62,092 bases of DNA, filler included, from Choristocarpus tenellus KU-1152 (GCA_964200185.2; 13 parts of 13 records of this genome joined end to end with filler, not necessarily neighbours in it); one strand, 5' to 3'; shown: positions 22,379 to 36,849, numbered from the whole stretch's first letter. Numbers and translations are program-made. The notes: generated by a model from the sequence alone, not told the origin.

Positions 22379-25300
22379 TAGTATTATATGTTGTACTAAT
22401 ATCAAATAGTTTGGATAGGAAGTTATGGTGAAGTATCAGTCTCCACTGTCAATACTATTATGTTATTGATACTCCGTTTCTTTCTTAAGTATGGAATTAG
22501 TCTCTGGTCTTATGACACGTTATTTCCCCAGAAGGGACAATTGGTGGCTGCATGCAAAGGATATTCCAGAACAGAGGCGACTATGTAGTCCTACACTTAC
22601 GTACACGCCTGACTTTTTATTATAGTCGAAAGATATATTGTCAACCTCTCAACCCAAGGTATTTCTTGCTGACAATAGGTAAGTAGATTAGGAGTGAAGT
22701 CATACACGAAGATCAACATGATGGATGCCAGAGTTAGTTCGTACGGTGAAGATGTTCGGGGGACTCCATTCACACATAGATGCTCGGAGTATAAGGGCAT
22801 GGTACTCCTGCAAAAAAATGTAGAAAATCACTTCCCCAACACTTGTAGAGGGAGCAGGAGAGCTCTCATCAATCAGTGAGTGGCTGGGTGCTTTTTAATC
22901 CAACCCCACCCACCAAACCCTCACATGGTACCAAGGCATACCCTCATCACTGATCCAAGGACTTGTACAAAGTTTGCTAGTGCATGTCCTGCTCATTTTC
23001 TTGTGCTTGCTAAGCTCTCAAGGTTTTAATACACTGGTCTATGAGTTGCCATATCATGCATGCACAATAATCATAAACATTTGATTAGCACCATCCGCGA
23101 GAGCACAATCAGTCCCCCTTCCCTTCTGTCCAGCACCACATTTTCAGAATGCTTATGTTCTTATGGTGTTCGACGTTGCCAAGCCATACAGTTCCAAAAC
23201 AGAAAGCAAGAACAACTGAGTCAGCAATGCCTTCTTGCTTATGTGCCTCATCTCTCTTCCCTTAAAACAAGTTATGAGCAATAAACCATGTACACCTCTG
23301 CAAGGATAGCGTTTGCCGCCAGTCTCTTTTCCAAACAAAACAAAAAGGTCCAACAAATCAAACCCTTTCGACACAACACATCAATACATTTGTTGCTACC
23401 CAACTTGAACAAGAAGTATGACCAAAAACTTACAGGATTCAACAAAAACATTACAAAAGAACTGTATCATATCCAGGACTGACATAGTAGTAGGAAGCAA
23501 GCAACCAACACCTGCTCCCTTTCCACCGAAAGTCGAGACCAGTTTTCTGAAGCTTGGTCAGCACAGTATGGAATCCCAGCTTGCCCTCCCCCAGAGAATG
23601 AGAAGAATCTAGAAGGGAAAGAATAGAGAATCCATTGGTTTGAATACAAAAATCGATGCTTCTCCTAAAAAACTAAATAGAAACAGTCTCTTGTTGAAGG
23701 TTCCCCTTGCAACAAGATGTTACCCTCAAATCTTTACGGTGCATGAGACCCAATAATACCAGTCCTCGTCACTGCTGGGGTCTTACCACAAACAGGCTCT
23801 TTTTAAACATCATAAGGGTAACTACCCCAAAGCCTTACTGGAATTAGAAGGCCAGTGTACACAAAGCACTTACACAGCAGGTGACCTATTCTAAAGCCAA
23901 GCACAGTAGTGCCTTCACTTTGCCCATACAGGTTTTCAAGTCAGGGTAAGAGGACAACCGCATGCCCTCCATGGATTAATTCCTTTTATACCCACTCATG
24001 ACAGCAAAAACGCCATCTACTTCCATGAAAACCACACACCCCTTGTCAGGGCGCAACTATCAGTCAAATTCAGGAAGTGGAGACTAGTCACTTACTTACA
24101 CAAAAAAACTCATTTCAAAATAGAGATCAAAAATTGAGGGTTAAGAAGTTCTAGGCGTGGGGGGTGCTCTCTTATCCCCATACTCTAGGTCATGAGCACA
24201 CAGAGAAAAAAATATCATAAGCATAAAAAATGAAAATTTCTTGAAAAAACTCACTGCTACAGTGTAGTTACACTCCCTTTCCTCCCCACCCTCCACCCTC
24301 CCCAATATAGAGCAATCAACTATTTGCCTATGTCCAGCTTGTCACACCAATATATCCATCTCCACTTCTATACCCTATCGTTATTCTTATGTTCTTCACG
24401 AACACATGAATTGTGTTGTTCACCCCCACACCCTTGTCCCCCATCCTATAGGGTTAGGATTACAGGACGTGCAGCCGAGTGCGGATACGGGAAGTGCGCA
24501 TAAAATGACTCATCCTGCAATGGGAAAGGAACATAGGAGGGGGGGGGGGGGGGGGGAGGGTCCTTTATCTTCAAGCATGCCAGAATTGGTATTGGCAGCA
24601 GAANNNNNNNNNNNNNNNNNNNNNNNNNNNNNNNNNNNNNNNNNNNNTTAATTAATTAANNNNNNNNNNNNNNNNNNNNNNNNNNNNNNNNNNNNNNNNN
24701 NNNTTTGATACGTCGGGTGGATAATGTGACTGTGTTTTTTTTCCTGATTTTGACACAAATGGACACCCTGATGTAGCCCCCCCCTCCCCCCGAGATATTT
24801 GAGGTATTTTTTTCCCCTTTTCATTCGATTGTTCACTTTTCGAGATACATGTGGGGTGGATTTTGTTACGTGACATAATATGTCTCCTCTGCAAAGAAAG
24901 TTACAAAAGTGTGTTTTTAGTTATGCGGCTCATTGCATCTACCTTACTTAATGAAACTTATTAGGTGTAGGCTGCAAACGATTAGGGTGTAGTACTGTTG
25001 CTCTGAAATGAAAAACCTTACTATTTATGATTAACTGAACTACTATGTACTGTGAGTAGTTTGTAATGGTATAGTGGGAAAAGGAAGTACTATGCTCGCT
25101 CACAGTATTTTGCAGGTAGATGACGTCGTGGGTTGGGGAAAAGAAGAAACGCGCAAGGCAGATCACAAAGCGAACAGAACACAGTCTGCAGTATTCACAA
25201 TGAAATAGGCGATCCTATACGCAACGACAATAATAGTTAATACATATTTTAGTATAAGGAACCAATACATTCCAACTATGTAATAACTGTTATTGCTTTG

Positions 25301-26136
25301 TACTTTGAAGTATCTTAAATACGAAACGTTAGGATTATACACACACATTTAAAGCTAGACTGACACTCGTGTGAAGGTTATCCTGAAAGAAGGGGAGAAT
25401 ATCACAGGAGTCGACTAGCTCCACTTCACCCATCAATCCGATGCCCCGACGTTTAAGTGCATGGTCCACCATGATGCTGCGATTTGTGGCATAGTGGACA
25501 CAATCTCTCACAGACGGACCTATATTGCTCCCTGCTTTATCCCGCCCCCGACCTCCCACACCCATCATATTAATTTCTCGCATCTAGAAATTGCTCTGCA
25601 TCCATTTGTGTCCAGATGCCAGCACCTTTCCACTGTGCATACAAAGGATTTAAGAGGCAAAAAAAATGTCCTTTTCCGGCGTTCTCACTCCACCTTACAC
25701 CCTATTATTACTGTGTAGTTATGCTTCTGTATGGCAGCTACGACATCAAGAATCGAGAACGATCAACTCGCCCCAAGACTCCAACAACGGAGTGCAAGTG
25801 CAACACCGCACCCAAATCACATATAAAAACAACGACAGTCACAGGCACAGGATCGGGCATGGGGAGGTTGATTTATAGATCAATAAGAATATAGTGCGGA
25901 GTTTTTTTCTACTGGCTCCCATCTAACAACCTAATAATGACTCTCGATGTATTTTGACACAATAGTTTCCCTATTGTATCATTATATTATTGGTGTTGTC
26001 CCATTCCATCTGGAACTAGAGGCACTACACGTCAACCTTACATAGCCCCGACCAGTGATTAGAGGTAGTACGCACCAATCTACTCATGACAAACTACGAA
26101 CTAACAATTACACTACGATCAATCGGACTGCCTCTT

Positions 26137-26316
26137 GACCCAAAGTATCTGGGGGGGTGGGGGGGTCTACACAAGGATGTCCACTTGGACCAAAATCGGG
26201 AAAAGTGCATTTGGATTATCCATCCGACGTATGGCAACCAAATCACCCAAAAATCGTGATATGAAAAAATTGACCCCAAATGGACAGCTGCCACCCCCTC
26301 CGAGATACTTAGAGAC
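26137..26316 (-). mobile_element. MITE family B, complete copy (180 bp)
   Basis: Reverse complement of 21280-21459; TCTT on both flanks. Confidence 0.9.
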
Positions 26317-29300
26317 TCTTGCATGGCCTGTCTTTTCTCGAGCGTCGGGTTCATGCTCTCCCTCCTCCCTTCAATCAATCATGTGCAATCCTTGCTCTAC
26401 TACAGTGAAATCTTGCCACCAAGATTTAGGTTTCCCGCGTTCATTTTTTGTGTGGTTCAGTGACGTACAGGAAGAAGCAGACAGATCTACCTTTCCGTTG
26501 AGCTTGCTACGTGATTGGGTTCGAACCCCCACATTCTCATAACAGAAGTTGATTGTTCATACCACTAGTACTATCTTATTATTGATACATTCACTTTTGG
26601 CGTCGGGACTATCCCAATCTGTGGTCAGAGGCACTACACACAGCACTACTCCGTCTACTGTAACTAACTGTACTTACCATGGCGATTGAGAGGCTCAGCA
26701 TAGGGGGTGTTGTTCCTGATGGAGACTATGTCTATGACAGGAATGCATTTGTAAATGACTGTGCCACAATAGAAGATGGAGACCATGTCCCTCAAGATCC
26801 CTGCGAGCTATCAGATTAAATTCAAAGTGAAACTGCAGGGTAAACGTTCTATCTCTGAGTCTCAATCAGTGATGTTGCTAATACCACCATTGAGATCCAC
26901 TGCATGGACGTTGTGCTTCATAAAGTGCACAGGAAAGAACTACAAGGCCGATCAGCTGGTGTATCACTTGAGCTGAAGATTAATATGCTCGAGGTTGAAA
27001 TAGTTGAGATTCTGCTGTATAGCTTACGATGTCAACACTCATAGTAGACCACTACACCCAGCCTTCGCATCCTGCATTATAAGTTCCTCCAGGGCTATAT
27101 TGTCTTCCATAAAGGGTAACATCGGAATTCTTCATACAGTTAAGCAAGCACAATGTCAAAAGTATGTCAACGAGCATTGCGCCAACTGCATACAAAAAGG
27201 AGCCTGCTTTTTGTGCTTCCATGGTGCACATGGAAGATGTTCTCTTGCCCAAGAACGTTATGTTTGGGGAACTTGCAGCTAATTCCCTATCAATGGTATA
27301 CCAGACATCCTAGAAGAGGTGTTTGGCACATAGTTGTGCAATCTATTTTGTACTTTCTGCGAGAAACCTCACCAATCAGATGGAATATTTTAGCCGTCAA
27401 GGTCAACTTGGAAGCACCACCGCGGGACTTCGCGGTCCACCCATCTTTCCCTTTGGTGTGAAAGTGGCCACAGGTACCCAAATCATACAGGACACTACGT
27501 GGGTTTGGGCATTAGCTCTGGCCTGGGATATCTTCCTTGGTGCTGGGCCTTTCCCTTTTTTCATGTTATATTGATTTTTTTCATCTCCTTCCCGTTATGT
27601 ATTCGTGCATTTCTAGTTTGTCACCTTGCTTTTCTTTCAACAATAATCGTTGCCTTTCGTATTAATGTCTGCTTTTTCATATATTGAGTTGAGATCCTTT
27701 ATTTTCTGTTCTCTCTTTCTATCCCCTTTCTGACCGCAGGTTCGAGCATGTTGTGTGCGTTGCCTTTTTCCCACAACAAAGCCTTGTCAAATTGTTTGAA
27801 AATCATTGCATCATGGATGCACCTAATGTGAGAAAATTAATTAATTAATCAACCAACTAACTATTGGACTATGACTAGTTGTACTGCCTCCGTTCGTGTC
27901 TACCTTGTCGTGCATTGGGTCCATCCACCCCACCACTTGTGTGACTTGCCTCTCGTCCCTCGAATCTTGTACTGGATCCACCTTAGTGTCGCTCGGCAAT
28001 GGCTAGCCTTTGGCATCTCGTTCTTGGTTAGGCATTACTGTCATATAGCAATAGATAACGGTGGTGCAGACAGACAGGTGTTCAATCTGTAGGGTTTCTT
28101 GTGTGGTCTGTAAATAATCTAAACCAGATATCCATGAAAATAGGTCTGACGTTGAAGGGGTTCAACCCTTGCAACTCATGTAGGGAAATAACAGAAATAT
28201 CCAATAACCACTGAACCACAATGACACCTTGATTTCTGAAAACACAACAACAACACACACTCACGAAAGTGGAACACGTAATGGAAGGGAGGGCCATACC
28301 CTCCAAGTATTTGCTGTGGTCTGACTGATTCCAGTAAAATATCCCAGGATCTAACCAATAATGTAGCAATAGTAGACTTTAGTGATATTATAGTCGCTCT
28401 GATTTTGTTCACAAATTCACAAGTCAAACTAGGAATGCATATATATTATGCAGGTTTTTCGTTCTTTGTATGGGATCACAAGATTGGAGACTAGTACACA
28501 ATCTATTTCAATGTTGTGTATAGTTTTGAATGGAACCTATGAACCACTTTTTGAACAGATACGAAAGACTCAATAGTACGAGGACTCCACACAACAGGGA
28601 ACTATTAATCTTTTTTAATGTACTACTAGGTGTCTTTGATTACTTCTTAACTGGGTAGATCCATCCCTTAGACTGTCGGCGTGAGTATCCCTGTCGTGAG
28701 GCAGGGTCCAATCAGTCGTGAGGGGTGTTCAGAATAACCGTTCACGGTAAGGTGCTTTCAGCAAACCCAAAGGTCTCTCAACCATGAAATCTTAGGAAAA
28801 GTTAGAATGGAATCTTGGATCCGATGGGTGACGTCACATAACTGTGACTGTCAACAGGAAGCGATCTGTGTTTGGTGTTGATGGGAACATCACCAACGAC
28901 AAAGAAACGTGCGCGCGATACACTTATTATGTGTTCGCGCAGATGTGGATTGGACTGAGATCAACTCACAGCGGGACCTGTCCATTACATACGTGGTATA
29001 TCTAATATATATATTACAATGACCATTGACACTATGCAAGAATGTGTGAGGAGAGGGATAATACGAAGAGACCAACACTTCAAAACTTATCATAAAATAG
29101 TTTGTTGTCGCTTCCAACATATCTAGAAATCTGTACTAACTACTTCTCAGTATACATCAATTTCATCTATGGAATTGTGCCCTTCGAACAAATATTCAAA
29201 TCGTTATGCTCAGCAATCTAACCCTACAAAAAAGGTTGCCGAGGGAAGAAAGCAAGAATATGCAAGGTCTATGCTTGTCCACCAACCCCCTAGTGTCTCC

Positions 29301-29820
29301 ACCCTGAACACATCACATTGTGCGACTACAATTACGGATATCTCGTTAAGGATATGCTTTCAATTCTTTTGTGAAAGTAGATTAAATAGAACAATCACTT
29401 GATAGAAGAAAAAAATATTGTGTTCTAAAGAATAGGGGATTAATAAATTATGGGTAAATGTACTAGAATAGAGAACAATAGTTCAGAATTAGGAAACATT
29501 GCGGCAAGTAATTGGTGATGACCGGTTTGGTTGGAACCAAACCAATTGAGAGGGAGGTAGGTTTGGATCCCTTTGCATTTGAAACCATCTTACTCTTCCT
29601 TGTGCAATACACTGACTCTATCTCATTGCTTTTTGTTCACAATAGTGTATGCAAAATCGATATTTTCCCTTTAATAGCCGATTTCAAAAATTGAGGATGG
29701 AGCTTTTCATTGAGGATGGGNNNNNNNNNNNNNNNNNNNNNNNNNNNNNNNNNNNNNNNNNNNNTTAATTAATTAANNNNNNNNNNNNNNNNNNNNNNNN
29801 NNNNNNNNNNNNNNNNNNNN

Positions 29821-29934
29821 TTCGGCCAAACAACCTTTTTTTTTGCTGACATTTCAAATCCGACCCGTGCGACCAAATCACACCAAAAAAGTGAAAAACG
29901 GACGCCGACACTCCCCCCCAAGATACTTTGACCC
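29821..29934 (-). mobile_element. MITE family C end (cut by contig start)
   Basis: aaaaacggacgccgacactccccccaagatactttgaccc is the reverse complement of 41894-41951; a further end at about 49441-49486. Confidence 0.75.
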
Positions 29935-30004
29935 CTTGCTCTCGGTAGTTGACATTTCTCAAACACCATACGTCTTGAATACATTTACATTTTTGCTCAC
30001 GCAG

Positions 30005-30168
30005 GTGACAGCTGCCATTGTTGTGGTGACTTGCAAAACTGCCGGTGGGGTAGAGATACCTGTGAGTAGTTTACTAAATGAGTTAAAGGAGGAACTTGAT
30101 GAGGAGATCTCAGATAGTGCACTGGATGACGAAGTTCTTCAAGGAATAATGGACGGTGAGGGGGACCT
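30005..30168 (+). CDS. Possible acidic exon of unknown gene or TE
   Basis: Acceptor ttttgctcacgcAG and donor GTAAGT flank an open frame VTAAIVVV...ELDEEISDSALDDEVLQGIMDGEGD; no family recognised. Confidence 0.3.
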
Positions 30169-31568
30169 GTAAGTTGAGGTTCAAATGTGTGTTAGGATAT
30201 GATACGAGGATCTGAAGGTGTTCATGACCAAGCAGGAGGTCAAACTGGAGAAGAGGCGCCAGCAAGGAGAGGCAGATGCTCACTTGAAGGATACCATGAC
30301 ACTGCTAGAGGGTGGTGGGGGAGGGATGGTGTGGGTGAGCAATGATAACATCAACAGCTTGAGCGCGCAGTTTTCTCCAGGACGTTGGGAGGGTTGGGTT
30401 AATATCGATTTATTGCAGTCCTCTGATCGATAGATTGGCTTTGGTTTAAGAAATGCTGTAGATTATTCAAAGAGATCCATGTTGCCAAATGGATAGTCTT
30501 GATACATGCAACTTTCATGTGTTGATATCGTTCATGTTGTAGACCTTTTTATTTCTATATGGTTGTATTTTATATGTTCGACTTTCCTCTGTGATACTTT
30601 TGACAATGATATGGAGAAGATAGAATTTCTGTTATATTATTAGTATGTGTTGATTTCTGGTCACAGAAATTTCAGTCTCTGCCTGATCAGGAAATGCTAT
30701 GCAATACCAATTGTATCTCCCTTGGTTAAGAATGGTTTTGTGGTTTGGAGTACACAGCTGTCCATAGGTGAATTGTGTGTTGATTGCTTGGGGCTGTGAA
30801 ATTTTCAAATATTTTGGAGGTACTTTACTGCTATTTTTTCTTCTTAATTTTACGCATGGGTTAGGGTTAGGGTTAAGTAGTTACATTTTGAAACATGTAG
30901 TATTACATATTTTTTGCTGGAAGTATTTGCCCTCGCCTTTCATCCAGGACTTGAAAGAATTTCATATGCATTGATGCAATCCCTTGACTAGGCAAAAGTT
31001 AGAGCATTTGAACTTGTTCCTTCACTATTAAATACAAAAATTCGTGATTTCAAGGTTCAAGATGGAGAAACAGTAGCTGGTGTCATGAGGTTTCATTTGA
31101 TTCATCTATCAAAGAATTAACCATGACATGATTTGGAACTAGGAGCAGAATTATTTTTATCATATTCTTGTTCATCGGATGGTAACTTTTTGTGAACGGC
31201 TTTGTCTTCTTTAGCTCAATTGCATGGTTTTGAGTATAATCTATACTTGGGGAATACGTTTCGTACCCTTTATTATCTATGATGGCAAGCACAGAGTAAG
31301 ACTGTAGTGGGAGTAGTACGTTTTACATACCCTAATTCCCATGACCTTTATTTTATGTTAAGTTCTTAGTAACATAAACATGTAGCATTGGTGAATTGGG
31401 CTGAGAAGATGCCATTCATGTTGACATCTGATTAGAGTCAATGATGGTGACCAAGGAATAGCATTTCCTTTGTCATCTAAGGTGTGGATTGTCAAACCTC
31501 CCTCTGAAACAGGTGATATATCTTTTGTATGGAATGCCATACTGGGACATGATTAGGTAGATAGCCCT

Positions 31569-31889
31569 GGTCAATCTTGTGCCCAACAGTGAACCACAGA
31601 ATTTTCGTATCTAGAGCTCTACATTGTATGATATTTGGGCTATAATGTGTCTAGTCCTCAGTCTGATGTTTTCTGTAGTTCCATACTAGCATACTACTTG
31701 CTCATTTTTTTGACATTGAAGATTACAACATTTCCGTCTATGGGACAATCAAGGAAATGATCGATTGAAATCACTTGGTTACCTCTTGAACATTCACCCA
31801 CTGTTTATACGTGGGCCTCATGATTGATGCATAACCCTAGCACTGTGAAATCCCTTCTCATTCGCCTTTTTCCCTGAACCCACTTGATT
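31569..31889 (+). repeat. Direct repeat copy 1 (about 321 bp)
   Basis: Matches 35109-35431 with 4 substitutions and one 2-bp indel by my reading. Confidence 0.95.
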
Positions 31890-33691
31890 CATCCCTTACA
31901 ACCCTAACCCTAACCCTGGTTTGTAGGCTTCAAATACTACCGCCATTCTGAAGGTTGGGGACAAGCCTTAACTTCAAACACCCCTACAACATACACCTGT
32001 TTAGAAAATGTTTCCAAGATCTCTTACAGTTCAAACACCTACAAAGGTGGATGTATTACTCTCCCAAGCTCCTCACCGGGCTTCCATACATCTGGACGGA
32101 CCATAACTGAATTTACATCTTCACCTTCAGTATTTTCCAGCAGATCGAACGGGAAGGGTGGATGGGGGGTTCAAACACCTTTCGTTTGAGTTCCACACAA
32201 CGTAGGGGTAGGGCAAGAGGCTTCAGAGACTAAATGGAGGATTAGGTTTGGGATACGATAAATAGGAAAGTAAAGGGGTTAGGGTCGGAATTATATATAC
32301 TCACATGACATACATAGTATAAATACCGAGGAAAATAATCAGGGTTAGGGCAAATATCACGGTTGCTGTCAGAGTAAAATAGATAGCTCTCAAATTCAAA
32401 TTAGGGTTGTACATGATGAGTTTAGAAGGGAGTCGTGATTAGGGCTAGCAATAGAGGGCCAGGAGGAAAAGATAAGGGGTTGGTTAACAAGGTGTCAACC
32501 AACATCCGTATCCATGAGCGTAATCTGACCAAGAGGAGGATGGAAGATATAATTATTAAGGCATAATCATCATCACAACAAAGAATTAGGGTCCTCATCA
32601 GTCAACCATTCCCGAAATGCCCTCTGCTCTATTGTAGGCATGTGAGAGAGTGACTAATATTCTGATTTATATATAATTTTAAATTGACCTAAAATATCTG
32701 CTGAATTATTCAAGGATTTGACATTGTATGTTACAACTTATGCCCCAGTAACTCAAGAATGCCCCGGAGAACACTACAATTCTACCCCCTTTGATCAAAG
32801 ATGTGTCCAAAACGTTCGACTGCATTACGATCCTTAGTATATTCTCCCCTTCCTTCCTACATTCTAACAACATCGTGAGGGTTTGGTTTATGTTTAGTTT
32901 ATCTTGTGAGTGGTTATAGGAGGATTGACTTTCCGCTTGGTTTTCGGGGGAATTAAGATGATTAAAAAATAAATATATAGAAGAATAAGGAATCTATATG
33001 TTGACCATCTCATGCTGACCTTGTCTGAGTCCTTGATTGAATATCAACCAAAAATAGACTTGAAGGTATTCACCCTTTCACACTCAATAGAAACACCTTG
33101 TAATAGAGGATAAACTACTAAGTAGTGTCCAAATCATAACCCGAATCCTAATTGCACCCTAGCATAGTCCATGGCTATATTTGTTCTCTATAGGCTCTAA
33201 TTTCCTACCTCAATTTTATGGTTCCTGTGTAAAATAGTCTGCACGTTCGTTTTTTTTTCTGTGGGTACAGAAAGCGATATGATATCCAGTTATTTACCAA
33301 ATCAGGGAAATATCAGCTTCTATTTTGATCGTTTCTCACAGTCTCTAAAGCTCCCGTTATTCTCTGAAGGATTTGTTACCCCTTTAATCCTCTGATTAGA
33401 TACATTGATCAATAAGTTATCAGTCTCATTATTTATTTGTTTTGTCCTTAGGGTTAGGGTTAGGGTTAGGGTTAGCTTAGTATTCTCTGTTCCACAGCTT
33501 TTTTTGTTGTTGAGATGTAAGAGGGGGTATTTGATGTTCAGTTTGACTTTCGTTAAAGATAATTCACAGTAGAGGTTCCATAGTCAATTTCTTGAGGTGT
33601 GGCGTATGAATTTATGTTGATTGGCCTAAGGGTGCATACATCAGTTAATCAACAATTGGCTTGAGGTAGGGCATGGAAGGGGCAGTGTGAA

Positions 33692-35108
33692 ATGAGCACC
33701 CGCAGAGATACTGAAAGTAATGATAGGGATGGGGATAAAGATAGCAACAATCCCAGCGGCATTGGTGGCACCATTACTAGTGGCAGTGATAACGATAGCA
33801 GTAGCAAGACTGGCAGCCATGCATCAAAAGGCGCCCAGACCAGACTAGGTCGACACCTTCGTCTGTTGAGTTAACCGTGCAAAGTGTTGAGTTCGGCACA
33901 TCTACTGACGGTACCTTCAGTCAGCCCTCTGTGCTTAGTAATCAACGAAAGGTACCTGGGCGCGCTAAAAAGCGCAATGGTGTTGTAGATATTGCTGGGA
34001 ATCGAAAGAGACCCAATAGCGAGGCGTCTCCAACCTTCCAGTCCTTCAAAATCACGAAGAACACTAAAGGCCCAAACGAATAGTGCCAGGTCGTGGTTCA
34101 GACGCAGAGCAGAGGAGGTTAGGGGAATAAAGCAAAAAGAAATACGTGGTGTGTGGTTGGCAAAGGGCAACAAGGGGAAAAGGTCTTACAGGACATCTTT
34201 GCCACACACACAGGAATGAGTTCGTTGTATATTAGAAGGTAACAAGCGCTCGAGGTGGACCTCTTTCAGATAAGATTCTGTTTGAAAAAAATCTTGTTTC
34301 TTACTTCCTATTTTGTCTACGACTTCAAACTTCGTAAATATTGAAATATTACATTTTAATCATGTACTACCTCTCAAGAAAACTATGATCTTCAAAATGA
34401 AATAGTGGATAGGGCGTTTGAAATACATCTCATAACTTGAAGTAGGTTGTAATCAATAGTTTGTCATTTCTTGTTGATGCCCTCTCTACTTCAGCCCTAT
34501 CTATTATAGTTGTGATACATGTTTTGATTATCGCTGCCTTTTCACAGGTGACAGCGTGCAAGGGATCACCTCGTTCATGTCTGAATGTCATGTCCGAATC
34601 TAGGCACCATAAACTCAACCCCAAATTTGTCATCCAGACAGCCATTGGTTGTCAACCAGATATGAGGAGATTTAATGAAGGATACATGATTGATGTGGAT
34701 GATTTTTCGCCATCCTATGCCACTTCACCGACGCACCCAATAACTTTTTACAGCAGTATTCTTCTCGAGCTGTATGTGGAGGTTCAGAACTGTGGAGTTC
34801 AAAAGTTGCGCTTTCAACATGAAGAGTGCTTCTGGTTTGGGTACTCAAAACGTTTTTGTCAATCTCAACTCGATCTCACCAGTCGATCATTGATTGCACT
34901 GATACTGTGAGTATGGTTCCAGGGAACTTTTTGGGCGTCGAGAACCTATCTCTGGGAACTGTGCCTTCTTTTGTGGGCAGCCCCACCAGCAGTCTTGCAA
35001 GCCACAGCAACAATTGCAGCTGTCACCTGGGCAAGCAAAATTGTAAATGTATTCAAGACGTATGATGTTGAAGATACGCTGATTACTGAGATCAAGCATG
35101 TCTAAACA
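33692..35108 (+). pseudogene. Possible KDZ/Zisupton-like transposase relic (intron-containing)
   Basis: Exon-like boundaries (donor at 34239, acceptor ending 34547); SPSYATSPTHPITFYSSILLELYVEVQ resembles the P.T.F+..LL..Y segment of KDZ-associated CxC domains; frameshifts and stops present. Confidence 0.35.
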
Positions 35109-35431
35109 GGTCAATCTTGTGCCCAACAGTGAACCACAGAATTTTCGTATCTAGAGCTCTACATTGTATGACATTTGGGCTATAATGTGTCTAATCCTCA
35201 GTCTGATGTTTTCTGTAGTTCCATACTAGCATACTACTTGCTCATTTTTTTGACATTGAAGATTACAATATTTCCGTCTATATGGGACAATCAAGGAAAT
35301 GATTGATTGAAATCACTTGGTTACCTCTTGAACATTCACCCACTGTTTATACGTGGGCCTCATGATTGATGCATAACCCTAGCACTGTGAAATCCCTTCT
35401 CATTCGCCTTTTTCCCTGAACCCACTTGATT
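35109..35431 (+). repeat. Direct repeat copy 2 (cut by contig end)
   Basis: See 31569-31889. Confidence 0.95.
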
Positions 35432-35546
35432 NNNNNNNNNNNNNNNNNNNNNNNNNNNNNNNNNNNNNNNNNNNNTTAATTAATTAANNNNNNNNNNNNN
35501 NNNNNNNNNNNNNNNNNNNNNNNNNNNNNNNCCCCCTGCCGCACAC

Positions 35547-35815
35547 CTTTCCATCCTCTCCCCCCGTAGCGAAGCAGTTCTCCAAGAAAGGGTGGAAAGA
35601 GCACGACGTTGCCGGGGTTGGCTGTGCAAAGACATGAACACAGCCTAGCCTCCCAGGATGCCACAGTCGACAACTACGGTCCTTCCCTGCAGACACCAGG
35701 AAGGAATTGGGAGACCATGCAAGATCCAACACATCGCCAGAGTGACCTCGGAGGATACGTGAGGCCTTCCCTGATGCGATCACACCCTTCTTACCTTCAA
35801 GTCCACTGCCCCCAC
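35547..35815 (-). CDS. Exon of WD40-repeat protein, WDR44-like
   Basis: RILRGHSGDVLDLAWSPNSFLVSAGKDRSCRLWHPGRLGCVHVFAQPTPATSCSFHPFLENCFATGGEDGK parallels the WDR44 GH..DVLDL.WS.N.FL....D...RLWH repeat; branch CTAAC, acceptor ctAG, donor GTGTGC. Confidence 0.85.
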
Positions 35816-36707
35816 CTAGTGTGTGCAAATTGTTAGGAAAGGGGGCGGTGGGGTGGGGCGGGGCGGGGCGGGGCAGGGGGGGGGGGGGTTGTTGCGTGTT
35901 TAGAGGCAGGGTTTTCTTGGTACTACGTTACATATTTTGTATCCCACACTGTATCTCTCATTACACCACACTCACACCACAGCACATCTCAAATCGCATC
36001 TCAGATCACACTTGGAACAAAAACAGAGTAGACCCTCCTGTACCACCTCAACTATCAGAAATATTATCCCTATGTACTGCACCTGAGTTCCTACACTGCC
36101 TCAGTTTCTCACAGATTTCAAGATAGGTGATCACGTCCCGTCTGATGTCTGTATGACAAAAACAGCAGCATGTGTTCTCCTCATCCTATTGCCTCTTCTT
36201 ATCGTGATCTCATAGTGTTTTTTAGTGTTCTTTTGTAACAGTTTTATATCCTTTCTAGCACAGATTATTCCGATCATTTTCAAAATAGCGTAAATTGTTC
36301 TTATTGAAATATCGTATTTTTACTGTTCTTTTTATACGATTATCGCATTCTCATTATTGTTCTTGATCAAAAATTAAGCACACTTTTTTTTTTAAAGCAG
36401 TGAACACTTACGTATAAATACCATACAATAAACAAAAAAAGCTCAGACTCTTTCCTACTAGAAGCCAACTATGTGGCAATTCAAGAATGGCGTACACTCA
36501 TGCACACAACCACATACACCCCACACTCAAAACGTAACACCCCAGAAGGCATTGTATTTTCCTGCACACAACACTCCTTTCCACTGCCATCATTTTTTTT
36601 CAGAATAAAAAAAATTGAACACCGGAGAAGAGTTTCAAATTTTTATTTTTGTACTGTTACTACATACTCACACACAATACATCATTACAATTTGCTCATA
36701 TACTCAC

Positions 36708-36849
36708 CTCCCCGATGGGAGCCACCAATGGAGCTACCAGACACAGAGGACATGGACAGCACACTGTCAGCGGAATCGGAACGTGTTATCCTCCTTCGAG
36801 GAGACCCCAGCAGCCTAGATTCTTCTGCTGGAAGTCCTATCTGCCACAT
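36708..36849 (-). CDS. Upstream exon of the same WD40 gene
   Basis: gacAG|MWQIGLPAEESRLLGSPRRRITRSDSADSVLSMSSVSGSSIGGSHRG-G|GTGAGT; phase-1 end joins the 35815 exon in frame; not present in the ORF track. Confidence 0.8.

Noticed and set aside
25335-25894. Possible host exons in a CpG-rich patch
   Set aside because: Open frames on both strands, no recognisable family and ambiguous splice sites.
26135-26542. Recurring ORF family TQSIWGGGG...KKLTPNGQ
   Set aside because: Translation of the non-coding 180-bp MITE B; frames differ between copies.
27836-27847. TTAATTAATTAA as a hidden contig joint
   Set aside because: No flanking Ns; most simply a natural AT repeat.
26776-28427. Pogo/DDE-1 transposase relic
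   Set aside because: Only a loose HELQ..P match; many stops.
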